Part shown: piece by piece, positions 1 through 11,322 of the stretch | Layout: every line of letters begins with the position of its first letter | Position numbering within the stretch: the first letter of the stretch is position 1 | DNA from: Chlorokybus atmophyticus | Lineage: Eukaryota > Plantae > Mesostigma and Chlorokybus algae | NCBI GenBank assembly: GCA_009103225.1 | Contig: RHPI01003728.1 | Location: 131,719-195,718 of the forward strand | Direction: 5' to 3' | Length of the DNA stretch: 64,000 nt | Program-made: the position numbers and the translations under genes | Notes under the pieces: generated by a model | The model's input: only the letters and a program-made list of their open reading frames with translations | What the model was told of the DNA's origin: nothing | Databases searched by the model: none

Positions 1-998
1 TTACAAATCGGGCACTTGCTATCTGTTATTCCCTGCTTCTTTGCCCAACTGCATGCACATAGCTAGTGCCTTTGGTTAGGCCATGCCTCTGCCCGTGCCT
101 TGTGTAAGTGTAATGTTATGTTGTCCGTGGTCGTGCTTGTGTATATAAGGGGTATGGTACGGTGGCAGCATGCATGGTGTGGACAATGCGAATGGCATGC
201 ATCAGCACAAGCATACACACGCTTTACACATCAAATTTAACCACCGGGCTAGTTTTATGGCTGCTTGCTACACTATACCAATGCTAGCCCGCCCCGTTAG
301 ACATAAAAGCATGCATTCAGTTAGTACCTGCTCACATGGGCGCTGTGTGTTCTTGCATGTTTTGCATATGTATCATGGGACCCATGATTCATTGGAATGC
401 CGATATATGTGACCTATATACATATTATATAATGGTATTCTATGCATATGTTACTATATTGTAATAATAAGATTATGAGCATGTTTGCAAATATTTGATG
501 ATTTCAAAACCTTACAGTTGTTGTAGAATGCAATCATCCATAGGTGCACGTTGCAAGTACTGTGCAACATGACGGGATGGCATAATTGTGTTCATAGCAC
601 GGTATGAACATGGCACAGTATTGGCCACAGAAACCATGCCAAACCTTGGGTGTGTTTCCTTGTTGTCTGCGGTCTGTTTCCTTGTAGTCTAGTGAACAAT
701 GTGTGAAGGCCATGAGCTAGCAACTATCCTGCCATGTGCTGCATTATTGGCAGAGCAAGCACGTCATAAACCAGGCGATTTTTCCAATTTGTTGACCATT
801 GCTTCGCAACCCCGTGCAGTAGGAGCCAATTGCGTTACATGCACGAAGCCATGCACAAAATATGCGATATGACACATGCGACCGTTTGAGAGAAACACCG
901 CTTCTGCTTAATGCAATATTGCACAGCTGTATAATTACAAGAGCAAACGCCCTAAGCTAACGCCGCGAATTTGAACTCAGCAACATGACCGACACTGC

Positions 999-3900
999 CT
1001 ACACTCGGCCCGTGTCGGCAATCACCTTGGCACCTGCTTGCAGCTGATTGAGCTGGCTGATGTTTTGACCGTTTTCATCCTTGAGAGCCCGTACACTTTT
1101 GCCATCTTGCGCGATCTTCAGCTCTGTCTGGACGAGGTCGATGACCTGCAGGCAGATTACAATGCTTACAACATGCATAGTCTGCTTGCATTGTGAACAG
1201 CAGCAACAGAAGAACAGATTTCGCGCAACGATATCAACCACATACCTGTTCAATGGTGGTGAAGTTGCGAGGTATAACAATGCTCTTAACCCGCTGCACC
1301 TTTCCCGGATATATAGCCGTGATTTTCCGCTGCTGCGCCGCCATGAATGCTGGCAGGTTCCTGTCACCGTCCGGCTGCGTCAAGCGAGGCGACTCTTTGG
1401 GAACCACACCAGAACCTGAGGATTGCAATTGATTACGTAAGTGACACTGCAAGACTGTGGTTGACAACACATTGCTACATGTGCCCTGCGATGTGAGCAG
1501 ACCTCTTGGTAGCTGTAGCTTTACCTGTTTGAGGATTGAACCGCTCTCCACAAGTGACAACAAGCTTCATGCCATCTTGGACCTGCAAGACACCAGATGC
1601 GCAGTTATAAACGTAACAACAAGACTTAACAGCACGGGCGTCTGTGGTGCTTCTGTAGTGGTATATGAAACCATGCGTGACAGGAATGGGCAAGTGCATC
1701 CATGTCATGAACAGCTCCGTTAGCCTGCTCTGCTCTCATCCTGATCAGTCTGCAACCAGCGATATGAGCGAGGTAATTGACCAGTACCTGACTTAGGTGT
1801 GTGACAGGTTGACCAGTCCGCCTGTCAAAGAACTCTGTAGCGGCTTTTGTCTGTTCCTTCAACTTCAGGGTTTCATCAGCGAGTTCGATCAACTGCACAT
1901 TGCCAGTGTCAAGCTGCGATGTCCTGTGCTTCTCAAAGCCATGCATGCAGCAAACAGCCGTACCTGTTTGATGTCGAAGAACTTGTGAGGCACAACGACA
2001 ACTTTGCCCTTTGTGTCCGCAGTGTCGCCATTGATGAAGAAAGTGACCTGTCATGTGAAGTGAACCATGAAGCGTCCATGTCACGTCCTGAAGCATTCAT
2101 TGTACCACCCGACAAGTACCCAGGTGCACTTGCCTTTCGTTGGCTATATGCCATATGACGCACAGTCTCCTGAGGGCCAACGCCCTCCAGGTACACATTT
2201 GGAGCGCGCTCCAAGAATTGCTGAGTTGCTGTCTCCTTAACGCCTGTGCCTGTGAGCACAAATCGACTGTGAGCAGGAGTTCGCACCTAAACCGCCTGTT
2301 TGGACCTTTGCAAGGGACTGCTTGAGTGTCACCTGTGCGGGGGTTGAACTTGTCATTGGCCCCGCAGACCACCACCACTTGCATTTCGTCTGTCACCTGT
2401 TTGCAATGCAGCTGACTTGAACATGCTGCAGCTATCATAAATAAAGCACAGCCAGAAGACAAGGCTTGCATTCTAACCTGAGACAAGTCAGTGATTAGAG
2501 TGCCAGACTCCTTCTCATAGAGATCTGTTGCGACCTTGAAGCGCTTTGACAGCTTCAGTTCTTCATCAACATGATCCAAAAGCTGTGTACAACATGTGAT
2601 AAGCACGCTTTACCCAGCAGTTTGACAGCAACAGTGCACCCATTTGGAATAGCCATGACACGATGCACTGCACCTGTTGAACATGTGCGAGTAGGCATGC
2701 ATGACTACCTGCTTAAGGTTAAAGAACTTGTGTGGCACGACCACTGGCTTGCCAATGGTGCTACTCATGTCACCATTAACAAACACATGAATCTTCCGCT
2801 GGTGCACCTGCCGTATGTGTGCTCAACTGTGTCAGCACCCTGGAAGAGTGGGTGGCAACGCACACTCAGACGATACAAACCCGCAATGCATACCTGTCTG
2901 AAGCGCTCAACATCTCGGGGTGACACGCGCGAGAAGGCTTCTTGGGAATCGCTTATGCTTTCCCTTCTCGGTGGATTCGAGCCCGATGCTGCCAGACATT
3001 GCAATGCGACTCAGTCAATGTGTGTCAAAACCAGTGTACTAGTGAAGCAAGCGTGTATCAGAGCAGACTTACCGGTATTTGGATTGAACTTCTCGCCAAA
3101 TCCAACGGCTATATGCATTCCGCTGAAGATATGCGAAACATCTGTAATAGGGGCCCCGTCCTCCAGCGCAAATAATTCTCTAGCGGCTCGTGCGTGCAGC
3201 ATGTCGTTCAATCGCAGCTCTTCTTGCACAAAATCCAAAAGCTGACCATCATGAATGTTTGTCAGATCCGACAACACAAGAACTGAGTAGTTTACACAGT
3301 CATGTGTACCATAGACAGTAGCGTGCCATTGCTAACCTGCTTCATGTCAAAGAAATGATGCGGTATGACCACCACCTTCCCTTGTGTATCCGCGTAATCT
3401 CCGTTGATGTACACGGTAACCTTCTTCTGGTTCACCTGAACAACAGCATTTGCCAGTCAGCATAGCGATGGGTTTGAAACATGACTTGGCGGAATCACAT
3501 CGCATGGCTCAGCAGGCATGCGCGCAATGTTTGTAATGGACCTTTGTGTGCCGCATGAGAGCGCCATCACTGGTGCGAAGCTCGGCTGGCATAACCTCTG
3601 TATATGACGGTGCTGCTCCCGTGCCTAACACAGATGCGCAGATTGCCTACTGTCAAAAGGCGCGACAGCTCGTGATGCAGTTGAGTGGGGCATGGCCTGC
3701 TGTGTTACTACACCTGTGGCAGGGATGAACTTCTCTGGTCCACAGACAACCAGCTTCATGCCATGTAAAACCTGCTGCAAGTTTGTCACCTTCGTGCCCT
3801 CGCCTTGCATGTAAAGCTGCTTTGCCGCCTTGCCTACTTGCACCAGCTTCAACTCCTGCTGTATCAGGTCGAACACCTGCAGCACAGAGGCAATGCCTTG

Positions 3901-5906
3901 AGAAATCGCTGATGACAGCTGGATGCCCCATTTGATCTAGGATACGTCACCACAACCCACCTGACTGAGGTCAAAGAAGTTGTGCGGGATGACTACCCTT
4001 TTGCCGGTGTTGGCAGAGTAGTCACCGTTGACAAAGACAACAATAGTGCGCTGAGAGTTGGACATAAAGCGCTGGCTGCGGCTACCATCAGTTGACGCAG
4101 CGCTGGCAACAACTGATGATGACGCTTCTGGTGTGTTACCGCAACCAGTTCGTGGATCAAACTTTTCACCACATGACACAACGATTTCCATGTCATCCTT
4201 GATTACGCTGAAATCATTGATGCGCTGCACGCATAGCACCACTCAGAATGCGCAACTGCAACAGCAGATTGCCACGACCACTGACATCTGTCAATCAGGT
4301 GTTGCAAAGGCAGGAACGGTCCTTCAGACAAAACCCCTGCATACCGTGCCAGAGCGCGTGTACAGCTTTTTGGCCACCCTGAATGAATCCTTTAGCTTCA
4401 GAACTTCAGTCACATGGTCGATCAACTGTGATGAAGACCGATCAGATATACCCACAACACATTGCCTGTGGTTGAAGTGACAACACTTGTATGGTAACAG
4501 TTGCCCACCTGCTCCACCGTAAAAAACTTGACAGGGATAGTACAAGGCTTTCCAACCGGGTTGGGATCCTGGTTGACAAAGAGCATGACCTTTGTCGTCT
4601 TGGGGCTTGTAAATGAAGAGCGCCTCATCCCTGATGCGGTGCTTGTTCTGCAAGGACAAATGTAACTCACAACATATGACCAAGCCCACAACATGCCAGA
4701 GCATGCCTCCAGTGCACGCGACCACAAACCAAGGCTGCTGCACAACAAGTCTGCAGCAATTTGACATGCTCTGTATCTGTGGCAACCCACGCACCGTTCT
4801 CCTGTTGACGCTGATGGTGGCCGTGCTGACGGTGGCCGACTGCTGCTGTCCGTGCTGCTTAAGAGAGTGTTAGGCATTGGACCTTCATGTGTACGACAAC
4901 ACTCGATGACAGCACATCTACGCACAGGCTCTTCATCATCAGCAACAAGCTGCAGTCCCCCCCNNNNNNNNNNNNNNNNNNNNNNNNNNNNNNNNNNNNN
5001 NNNNNNNNNNNNNNNNNNNNNNNNNNNNNNNNNNNNNNNNNNNNNNNNNNNNNNNNNNNNNNNNNNNNNNNNNNNNNNNNNNNNNNNNNNNNNNNNNCCC
5101 CCCCCCCCCCCCCCTCCCCTTTGTGTGAAACGGCAATTAAGAAATGAGGCACCAACAAAGACAAGTAATCTCGGGGCGTACTGTGTAGGCGTTGGCCCGT
5201 TTTCCAAGGGTACTTGGTAGCCGAACTCCCCTCTGTCCGTGGGGGTGTCAGCACCAATGCTGTTGTCAACACGTACTGAAGCTGATGGAGTTCCTGGCAT
5301 TCAGCGACAAAAGATCATGTTGAAGTCATTGCACGTGAATTAAATTAAACAACAAAGTTAGTAGTTACACAGGGCGGAAGGCCAGCACGCAAATCATGCA
5401 TAGTACACACCTTTGGGGTTGGCAAAGGGCTCGCCAGCTGATATGATCATATTCATGCCATCACCAATCTGGTCCACGTGCGTGACAGGCTGCCCGTCAG
5501 TGTTGAAGATGACGCGTGCAACCTGCAAAGGCACACTGTTTTACCTGCCGCTAATGTGATGCGAACACACAATCTAGCCGATTGCAAATCACCTGGCCTG
5601 CATCAGACATCTCTAGTTCCTTGGTGGCGATATCCAGAACTTGGCTAATGCTGTATAGCTTAGCAGGGAGAAAGATGCGCTTCGCAGCAGACGCCTGTTC
5701 TCCGTTTCTTTGCAAGTAGGCCTGCTTAATGGCAGGCATCTGGATGGTGGCTGACAGCGGTGTGGAAACTGTCCCATTGGATGAAGCAGGAGGTGCGCAA
5801 CCACCATTGGACTTTGCTGCTGGTGTGTGGTCCAACCCAGGCAAATCTAGGTCATCTCCATCGTTTGGAGATTCAGGTGCGGGGGCATTATAAGACGTTG
5901 TTAAGC
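999..5906 (-). CDS. Multi-exon protein with ~8 tandem doublecortin (DCX)-like domains; start codon not located (lies upstream of 5906)
   Basis: Spliced GT-AG exons repeat the pattern (I/V)xVF(V/I)NGD..GKxVV(I/V)PHxFFxxxQ / L(L/I)DxxxExLKL...A..LY..G..(I/V)T.+SQ / +.DGM.+VVxCGEKFxPxTG. Example: TIVVFVNGDYSANTGKRVVIPHNFFDLSQ-VFDLIQQELKL...MKLVVCGPEKFIPATG. Stop at 999. Repeat 2 is partly hidden in the N-gap. Confidence 0.8.
4964..5097. other. Assembly gap (N) flanked by poly-C
   Basis: 134 N between C-runs at 4957-4963 and 5098-5114. Confidence 0.99.
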
Positions 5907-6755
5907 TGCCAACACAAAACCACATGTCTCAGGCAACACCTGGCTCCCCACATGACTTGGAATAATATGTTCACAGCGCATGCTCACTGAAACACTTAGC
6001 AACATTGACAGCACACAACAACCAGTCCAACATGCAAACTGTGAGCTATCGCATTGCAATCATGGCCTGTGACAATCTCTGCAAGTCTAGCAGACAACGC
6101 ACCCTGGTGTAAGCGCGAGATGCGTCGTACTGAGCATATCCATGCTGGGCATGCAGTTACCTGCAGTACAAGCTTGACACACAGACGAGTCAGTACGCAC
6201 AGCAACAACACCGTGTAACACGACAACCAAGCTACACCACCAAGCTTGCAAGAAAACTGCCAAATCAGACACTTGCAGTACGTGCGTCTCGCTTTCACAA
6301 AAACCGTTGCGAAAGTGCATTCACAAGACATAGCAACTGCACTGGGGCAATGTCTGAGGTTGACGACGTGCACGCATGAAGAACAGCAGCTTATCATTGT
6401 ATAATAGCTCTGTGTGCCTACACGTTATGTGTATACGCATTAACCAAGCTCCGTACCGCGGCTACCACGCCAGGCCAATGCAGCCCTCAGCCCGTCGCCA
6501 GCTTGAAGCCCGCCGCAGTAAGCAAGGCAGCCGGCACCTTTCACAAAAGCGAACCAAACCACAGCGAGCCAAGAGAATCAAACTGAGCTTAGTACCGCCT
6601 CACTCAATACTGTAAAGCGCCCAGCAGACAACCCTTCCCTGCTCCCGTCCAAACCCCTTCTCCTTCTCACCGTCCTCCACCTCCTCCCGCTCGTCCTCTT
6701 CGTCCTCCCAACTCTTGTCGCCTCCGCCGCCGCCGCCCCAACCTCAACCAGCAGC

Positions 6756-6763
6756 TAGGGTTT
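6756..6763 (-). promoter_or_regulatory. Telo-box (AAACCCTA) in the divergent promoter/5'UTR between the DCX gene and COX23
   Basis: TAGGGTTT on + strand next to (CCG)n/(GGC)n leader tracts. Similar motifs near 19892, 25146, 42027 and 61935. Confidence 0.55.
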
Positions 6764-6907
6764 CAAACTAGTACAAGGCGGGAAAAGCTAACCACACTGT
6801 AACGGTTCCAAGCTGTGACTCAGCCTGTGAGTCGCCAGCCAGGGTTCTGTCTCAGGTGCTGGTCAGCTGGCGGCGGCGGCGGCGGCGGCGGAAGTGGTGG
6901 CGGCGTC

Positions 6908-7554
6908 ATGCAGCAGCAGGACGTCGGGGCAAAGCACGGCGGTTTCAAGAAGGTGTCCGAGTCGTACTGCCAGGAGTTCACCGCGGCCTCCCTCAAGTGT
7001 ACGAGCGTGTTGCGTCCATGCAGCGGAGCAACTGAGCGGCTGCTTGCTTGGCTGGCATGCATTCGGTGTGACTGCGGGACGTTATCAGTAGTCAGCTGAT
7101 TGTGGTGATGCTGTACATGACGGTTTAACAGGCTGGAGATCGCTTGAGCATGCATGCTGTGTGACTGCGAGACTTGAGAACGCGATTTGCATGTCGCGTG
7201 CCTGTGAGATGTCAATGCATGTCATCTGGCATGCATGGGATTGTACCACTGGTCGTGGTCAATCATAAGTGCAACTTGACAGCCAAACAGTGTGCTTCGC
7301 GCTACAGGTTTGGACGACAACGCTTACGACGGCAGCAAGTGTCAGAAGGAGTTTGACAATTACAAACAGTGCAGAAAGCGTGAGGTGAGTACCCAGAGTT
7401 GACCGTGCTGAACGCAAACTGTGTTGTGCACATTGACTATGTATAGATCAGTCGTTGTTGCTTGGGAAATTTGGTTATTTACTCACCTCGTGTGCTTCTT
7501 GGAATGTAGAAGCAAGCACGGTTGGAGGCAAGGCGAGCTGGTGTGAAGTGGTGA
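6908..7554 (+). CDS. COX23: Cytochrome c oxidase assembly factor COX23/CHCHD7-like twin-Cx9C protein, 70 aa; exons 6908-6998, 7308-7384, 7510-7554
   Basis: Spliced product MQQQDVGAKHGGFKKVSESYCQEFTAASLKCLDDNAYDGSKCQKEFDNYKQCRKREKQARLEARRAGVKW*. Twin Cx9C spacing; C-terminus resembles plant COX23 (KKEREARLE). Canonical GT-AG sites. Confidence 0.88.
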
Positions 7555-7592
7555 CACAGCAGTTCACACTTGAACAGTACGCGCACATAGAG

Positions 7593-7931
7593 ATGAGTTT
7601 GCGTGACGAGAAGGAGAAGAGCCAAGCTAACACTTGGTGGGAGGATGTGGTGGACGGCATTTTCAGCAAAGGTTGCAATCGGCCGACGCTGTTCGCGCTG
7701 AATTGCACTCTTCTACTGCTGTTTGTGGCCGTCTCTGCTCTTGCATTTGTTACGCAAAACCTATACGGCTACGGCTTTGCTGCGCTGCACGCGGGCGTGC
7801 TGTTGATTCTGGCGGTGATTGTGTTATTTTTGGTCAACTGGTACGTTGACGCAGCGGGGATACTGGTCGATAGCAACAACAATAAGCCTGTAGAGTTGCA
7901 AGAGACTTCAACTAAGGCCAAGGCTTCGTGA
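7593..7931 (+). CDS. PKR1: PKR1-like ER membrane protein (V-ATPase assembly factor family), intronless, 112 aa
   Basis: WWEDVVDGIFSKGCNRPTLFALNCTLLLLF...VTQN...LHAGVLLILAVIVLFLVNWYV fits the remembered Pkr1 pattern (W.SIF.PG..P.L..A.N..F..L; H...L..L...+NWF+); two TM segments and a charged tail. Confidence 0.7.
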   Translation: MSLRDEKEKSQANTWWEDVVDGIFSKGCNRPTLFALNCTLLLLFVAVSALAFVTQNLYGYGFAALHAGVLLILAVIVLFLVNWYVDAAGILVDSNNNKPVELQETSTKAKAS

Positions 7932-9500
7932 TGGTGCTGCGGCGGTTTCTGCGAGCGGTTGGGCAGGCGCGACTGTTGCAGAGGTATCACGCAAATCTCT
8001 CATTTCCAGCTGTCGTGGAAGCTGCTGCGCACTTGCATAAGGCCGTCAACAAGAGTCCAGCGCAGACACGCATTGCCGTGGCTATCTCGGGTGGTGTCGA
8101 TTCGTCAGTTGCGGCTCTACTTTTCAAGCAACAGGTGATGGAAGCTACATTATATCAATCAGCATGCTGTTTGTTCGCGGATCACCCCAACACTTTGTGG
8201 GTGTTCGGGTTCTCTTGCTTGCTGTGAGGCTGAATCAAGGGGTCGACTGCAGGGTTACAATGTGTTTGGTGTGCACATGCGCAACTGGGATGAGAGCGAG
8301 GAGCGCGGGAGTGCCTGCCTGGGGGAGAAGGAGTATGCGGACGCGCAGCGCGTGTGCGAGCAGCTGCAGATGCCGCTGCACCACGTCTCCTTTGTGCGAC
8401 AGTATTGGCATCACGTGTTTGAGGACTTTTTGAATGGCCACGCACGTGGGGTCACACCCAACCCGGACCTTGCGTGCAACCGCCACATCAAGTTTGATGC
8501 ATTGCTACAGCATGCTCTGACTCTCGGGGCAGATGCTTTGGCTACCGGCCACTACGCGCGGTTGCGAATGAACAACAGCAACAACACCGTCTCGCTCATA
8601 CCTGCCTTGGACGCCTCCAAAGACCAGACATATTTCTTAGCAACAGTGCGACAATCAGCGCTACAGAAGGCTGCCTTTCCTCTTGGAGGTTTGCATAAGG
8701 CAGAAGTGAGGGCTATTGCCAAGGCGGCCGGGCTGCCAACAGCAGAGAAGCGCAGCAGCGTCGGCATCTGCTTTATCGGCAAGCGCGACTTTGCCGATTT
8801 CATTGGTGACTATGTTGACATGAAACCTGGCCGCTTTGTGTCTGTTAGCGGGCAAGACCTCGGCGCCCACAAAGGCCTGGCCGCTTACACTTGTGGACAG
8901 CGAGCTCGTATTGGTGGCGCACCACATGCATGGTATGGGCATGTTGTTTTGTAGTTCGCATATGTGCCTAACGCATATTACCTGCAAATATGGCTTGCAT
9001 GAGGACCATTATTGATGATGCTGTAACTCAGGTATGTCGCTGGAAAGGACCCTGCTATCAATGTAGTGTATCTGGCGCCTGGAGGAGAAGACGCGGCACT
9101 GTACAGCACGGCTGCAGTTACCGAGGAGTTCACTTGGATGGCTGGCCATCCGCCTGCAACCCTGCCAGTACAGCCCGGGTGGGCATACAAGTGCAAAGTT
9201 CGCTACTCGGAGAACTTTGTCAACTGCTCAATAGTGCGCCTTGGGGCAAGCCCAGATAGCACCTTATGTGATGGCGTATTGGCTTCAAGCACATTCTCCG
9301 GGTATAATGCGCGCACGGTGATTGACTTCGCTGGCTCATTAGGTGTACTGTTTGAAAGACCGGTTAGAGGTGTCACGCCAGGACAAGCCTTGGTTTTGTA
9401 TGCCAGTGATGGTGCTTGCCTTGGCTCAGCACCGATTCGCTACCAATGCAGGACTCTGCATGAGCAGAACGGCACCTTGGTCATGGCTAGCGCAGTTTAG
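7931..9500 (+). CDS. mnmA: tRNA 2-thiouridylase MnmA/TRMU with organellar presequence; exons 7931-8134, 8253-8932, 9035-9500
   Basis: PP-loop SGGVDSSVAA, MRNWD, TPNPDLACNRHIKF, ATGHYAR, KDQTYFL, SVGICFIGKR, YTCGQR, GVTPGQ. Arg-rich N-terminus MVLRRFLRAV. Confidence 0.95.
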
Positions 9501-9624
9501 GGATAGTTGTAGTCAGTTCTAGGCGTCTCTCTCTTGAGTTGTTTGGCTACTGGTTGATTAAATTAGTTTCAGATTGCTTTCAGCTTTCATCGCTCCGTGT
9601 GAGTCATACAGCAAGGATTCTCAG

Positions 9625-9669
9625 CACAACCCGCTGCACTGAAGGTGCAGCGGGTTGTGTTGCTTCTAA
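9625..9669 (+). mobile_element. Helitron-type 3' terminus remnant (15-bp perfect hairpin, then CTAA ending 10 nt downstream)
   Basis: CACAACCCGCTGCAC-TGAAG-GTGCAGCGGGTTGTG then TTGCTTCTAA; shares CAGCACAAC...GTTGTGTTGC with the hairpin at 36234. Confidence 0.45.
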
Positions 9670-10188
9670 CTGACAGAGACATGACATTTCACTTAGGTTT
9701 GAGGACGATACTCATCAGCTGGCTCTGCTGTAATGATGTTCACGCTGTGCACATGGCATGTGGGCATGATACAGCCACACCTGCTAGAAAAGCCTAGGCG
9801 CTTAATGGACCATCCAGCCATGTTGTCTGATTTGCTTTCAAAGGGTGTGTAGGAAAATAGTGTTGTGCACTTCAGTAGCAGCCTCCTGCACTGCAAGCGC
9901 GCACACATATTCAACTGCCTATCACTAAGCAACCCACCTATTAAACTGTCACCACTGCTATACAGCTACTGTACAAGTAATATACAACTTTATGCCTGCA
10001 GCCAGTATGAGATGACAAAACTGGAACAAAAAGAGCACCCCTGCGCGCCATGAGCCGTTGGCAACCACAGTTGCTTACCCACGCATACGCGACCTCACTT
10101 CTGGCTCTGCACACAAAAGCACAATGTTGTCAGCTCATATTCCCACATCTGATGAGTTGTATCTCATCAAACACACACCAACGACGCA

Positions 10189-10874
10189 TCACTTATTATC
10201 CTCACTTGCGATAATGGCCCGCGGCCGCGTCTTGAACAGATACTTTCTCCTCACTACACCGACGATGTCGTATTCCACGCCGGCGGTACTGTCGTCGCTG
10301 TCGGCTTTATCATCCTTAACAATAATTGGGGTCCTCCGCTTTCGCAGCACTGCGAACGGCTTCTTCAGCGCCACCTCCTTGCCCTCTAGCTCGTGGTACC
10401 CGATGGTCAATGTGATCGTGTTCTGCAGAGAGACATGTACAGTAAATATACTGCCGTATATACTTCCCTCCATGGCTTGGTGCGGTGAATGGTTCATGGA
10501 GTCATAGGGATTGTGACTTATCAGTCACAAGCAATGGCGACATTGTGACCAGCTGTGGTGGTGATCAGAAGACTGTACATGCAGCAAACAAGCTGCTTTC
10601 CATGTCACTTTGCATGCGAACTTGACACACACGGAAACCAAACCCCACACGAATCAAGCACGCATGCAGCAGACTCATCGAAATGACAGTGTAGTACGCA
10701 TGACTTTCTGGTTCTCGCGGTCTGTCTCACCTGCTGGGGGTGGTTGAGCCGCATGCGCCCTATCTCCAGTCCCTGCAGCGTCGCCGCCGCCTTGATATCC
10801 AGCTCCCCCTGCAGTTCCACCAGCGCCCACTCCTCCACCTCACCCTCACCCGCCCCCCTCACCCTCACCAACAT
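10189..10874 (-). CDS. CTF8: Chromosome transmission fidelity protein 8 (Ctf18-RFC subunit); exons 10874-10731, 10422-10189
   Basis: EWALVELQGEL...LEIGRM / LTIGYHELEGKEVALKKPFAVL...YDIVGVVRRKYLFKTRPRAII. Confidence 0.93.
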
Positions 10875-11322
10875 CGCCGCCACCGCCACACAACAGCGTT
10901 GGGCCAACACAAATGCAGGCCAGCATTCTCCCGCGTAAAATTCATGCGTAATGATATCCACGCCGCTACTCGATATGCAAGTCCTTGCCACCACGAAGGG
11001 AAGCATCGACGGTCAGGATGAGCTTCTGCATCAAGTACATCGGCATAGGCACTGATATCACGTTTGCGGCTCAAGCGTGCCATGCAGCCTCGCAGCTAAC
11101 CGTCAAAGCAGCGGCGGCGGCAGCGGCGGCGGCGTTGTTGGCGACGTCAGTGTTGATGCTGTAGGTGCGTAGTACGGGTCTACGAGCGCTAGCTGCAACA
11201 CGCTTTGCGAGCGCGTCAGAGACGCTTAGTGTTGGGAGGGAGGGCAGGAGAGTAGACACGAGGTTTAGCTGCTGGTGAACTTCTTGTTGTCGTCATCCTT
11301 CTGCTGCTCCACCGCCGACGCC

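Noticed and set aside
7385-7592. COX23-PKR1 fusion protein via splicing to the AG at 7591-7592 (would be in frame)
   Set aside because: The acceptor at 7509 is better and gives a C-terminus resembling plant COX23. The fusion remains only a possible minor isoform; RNA-seq would decide.
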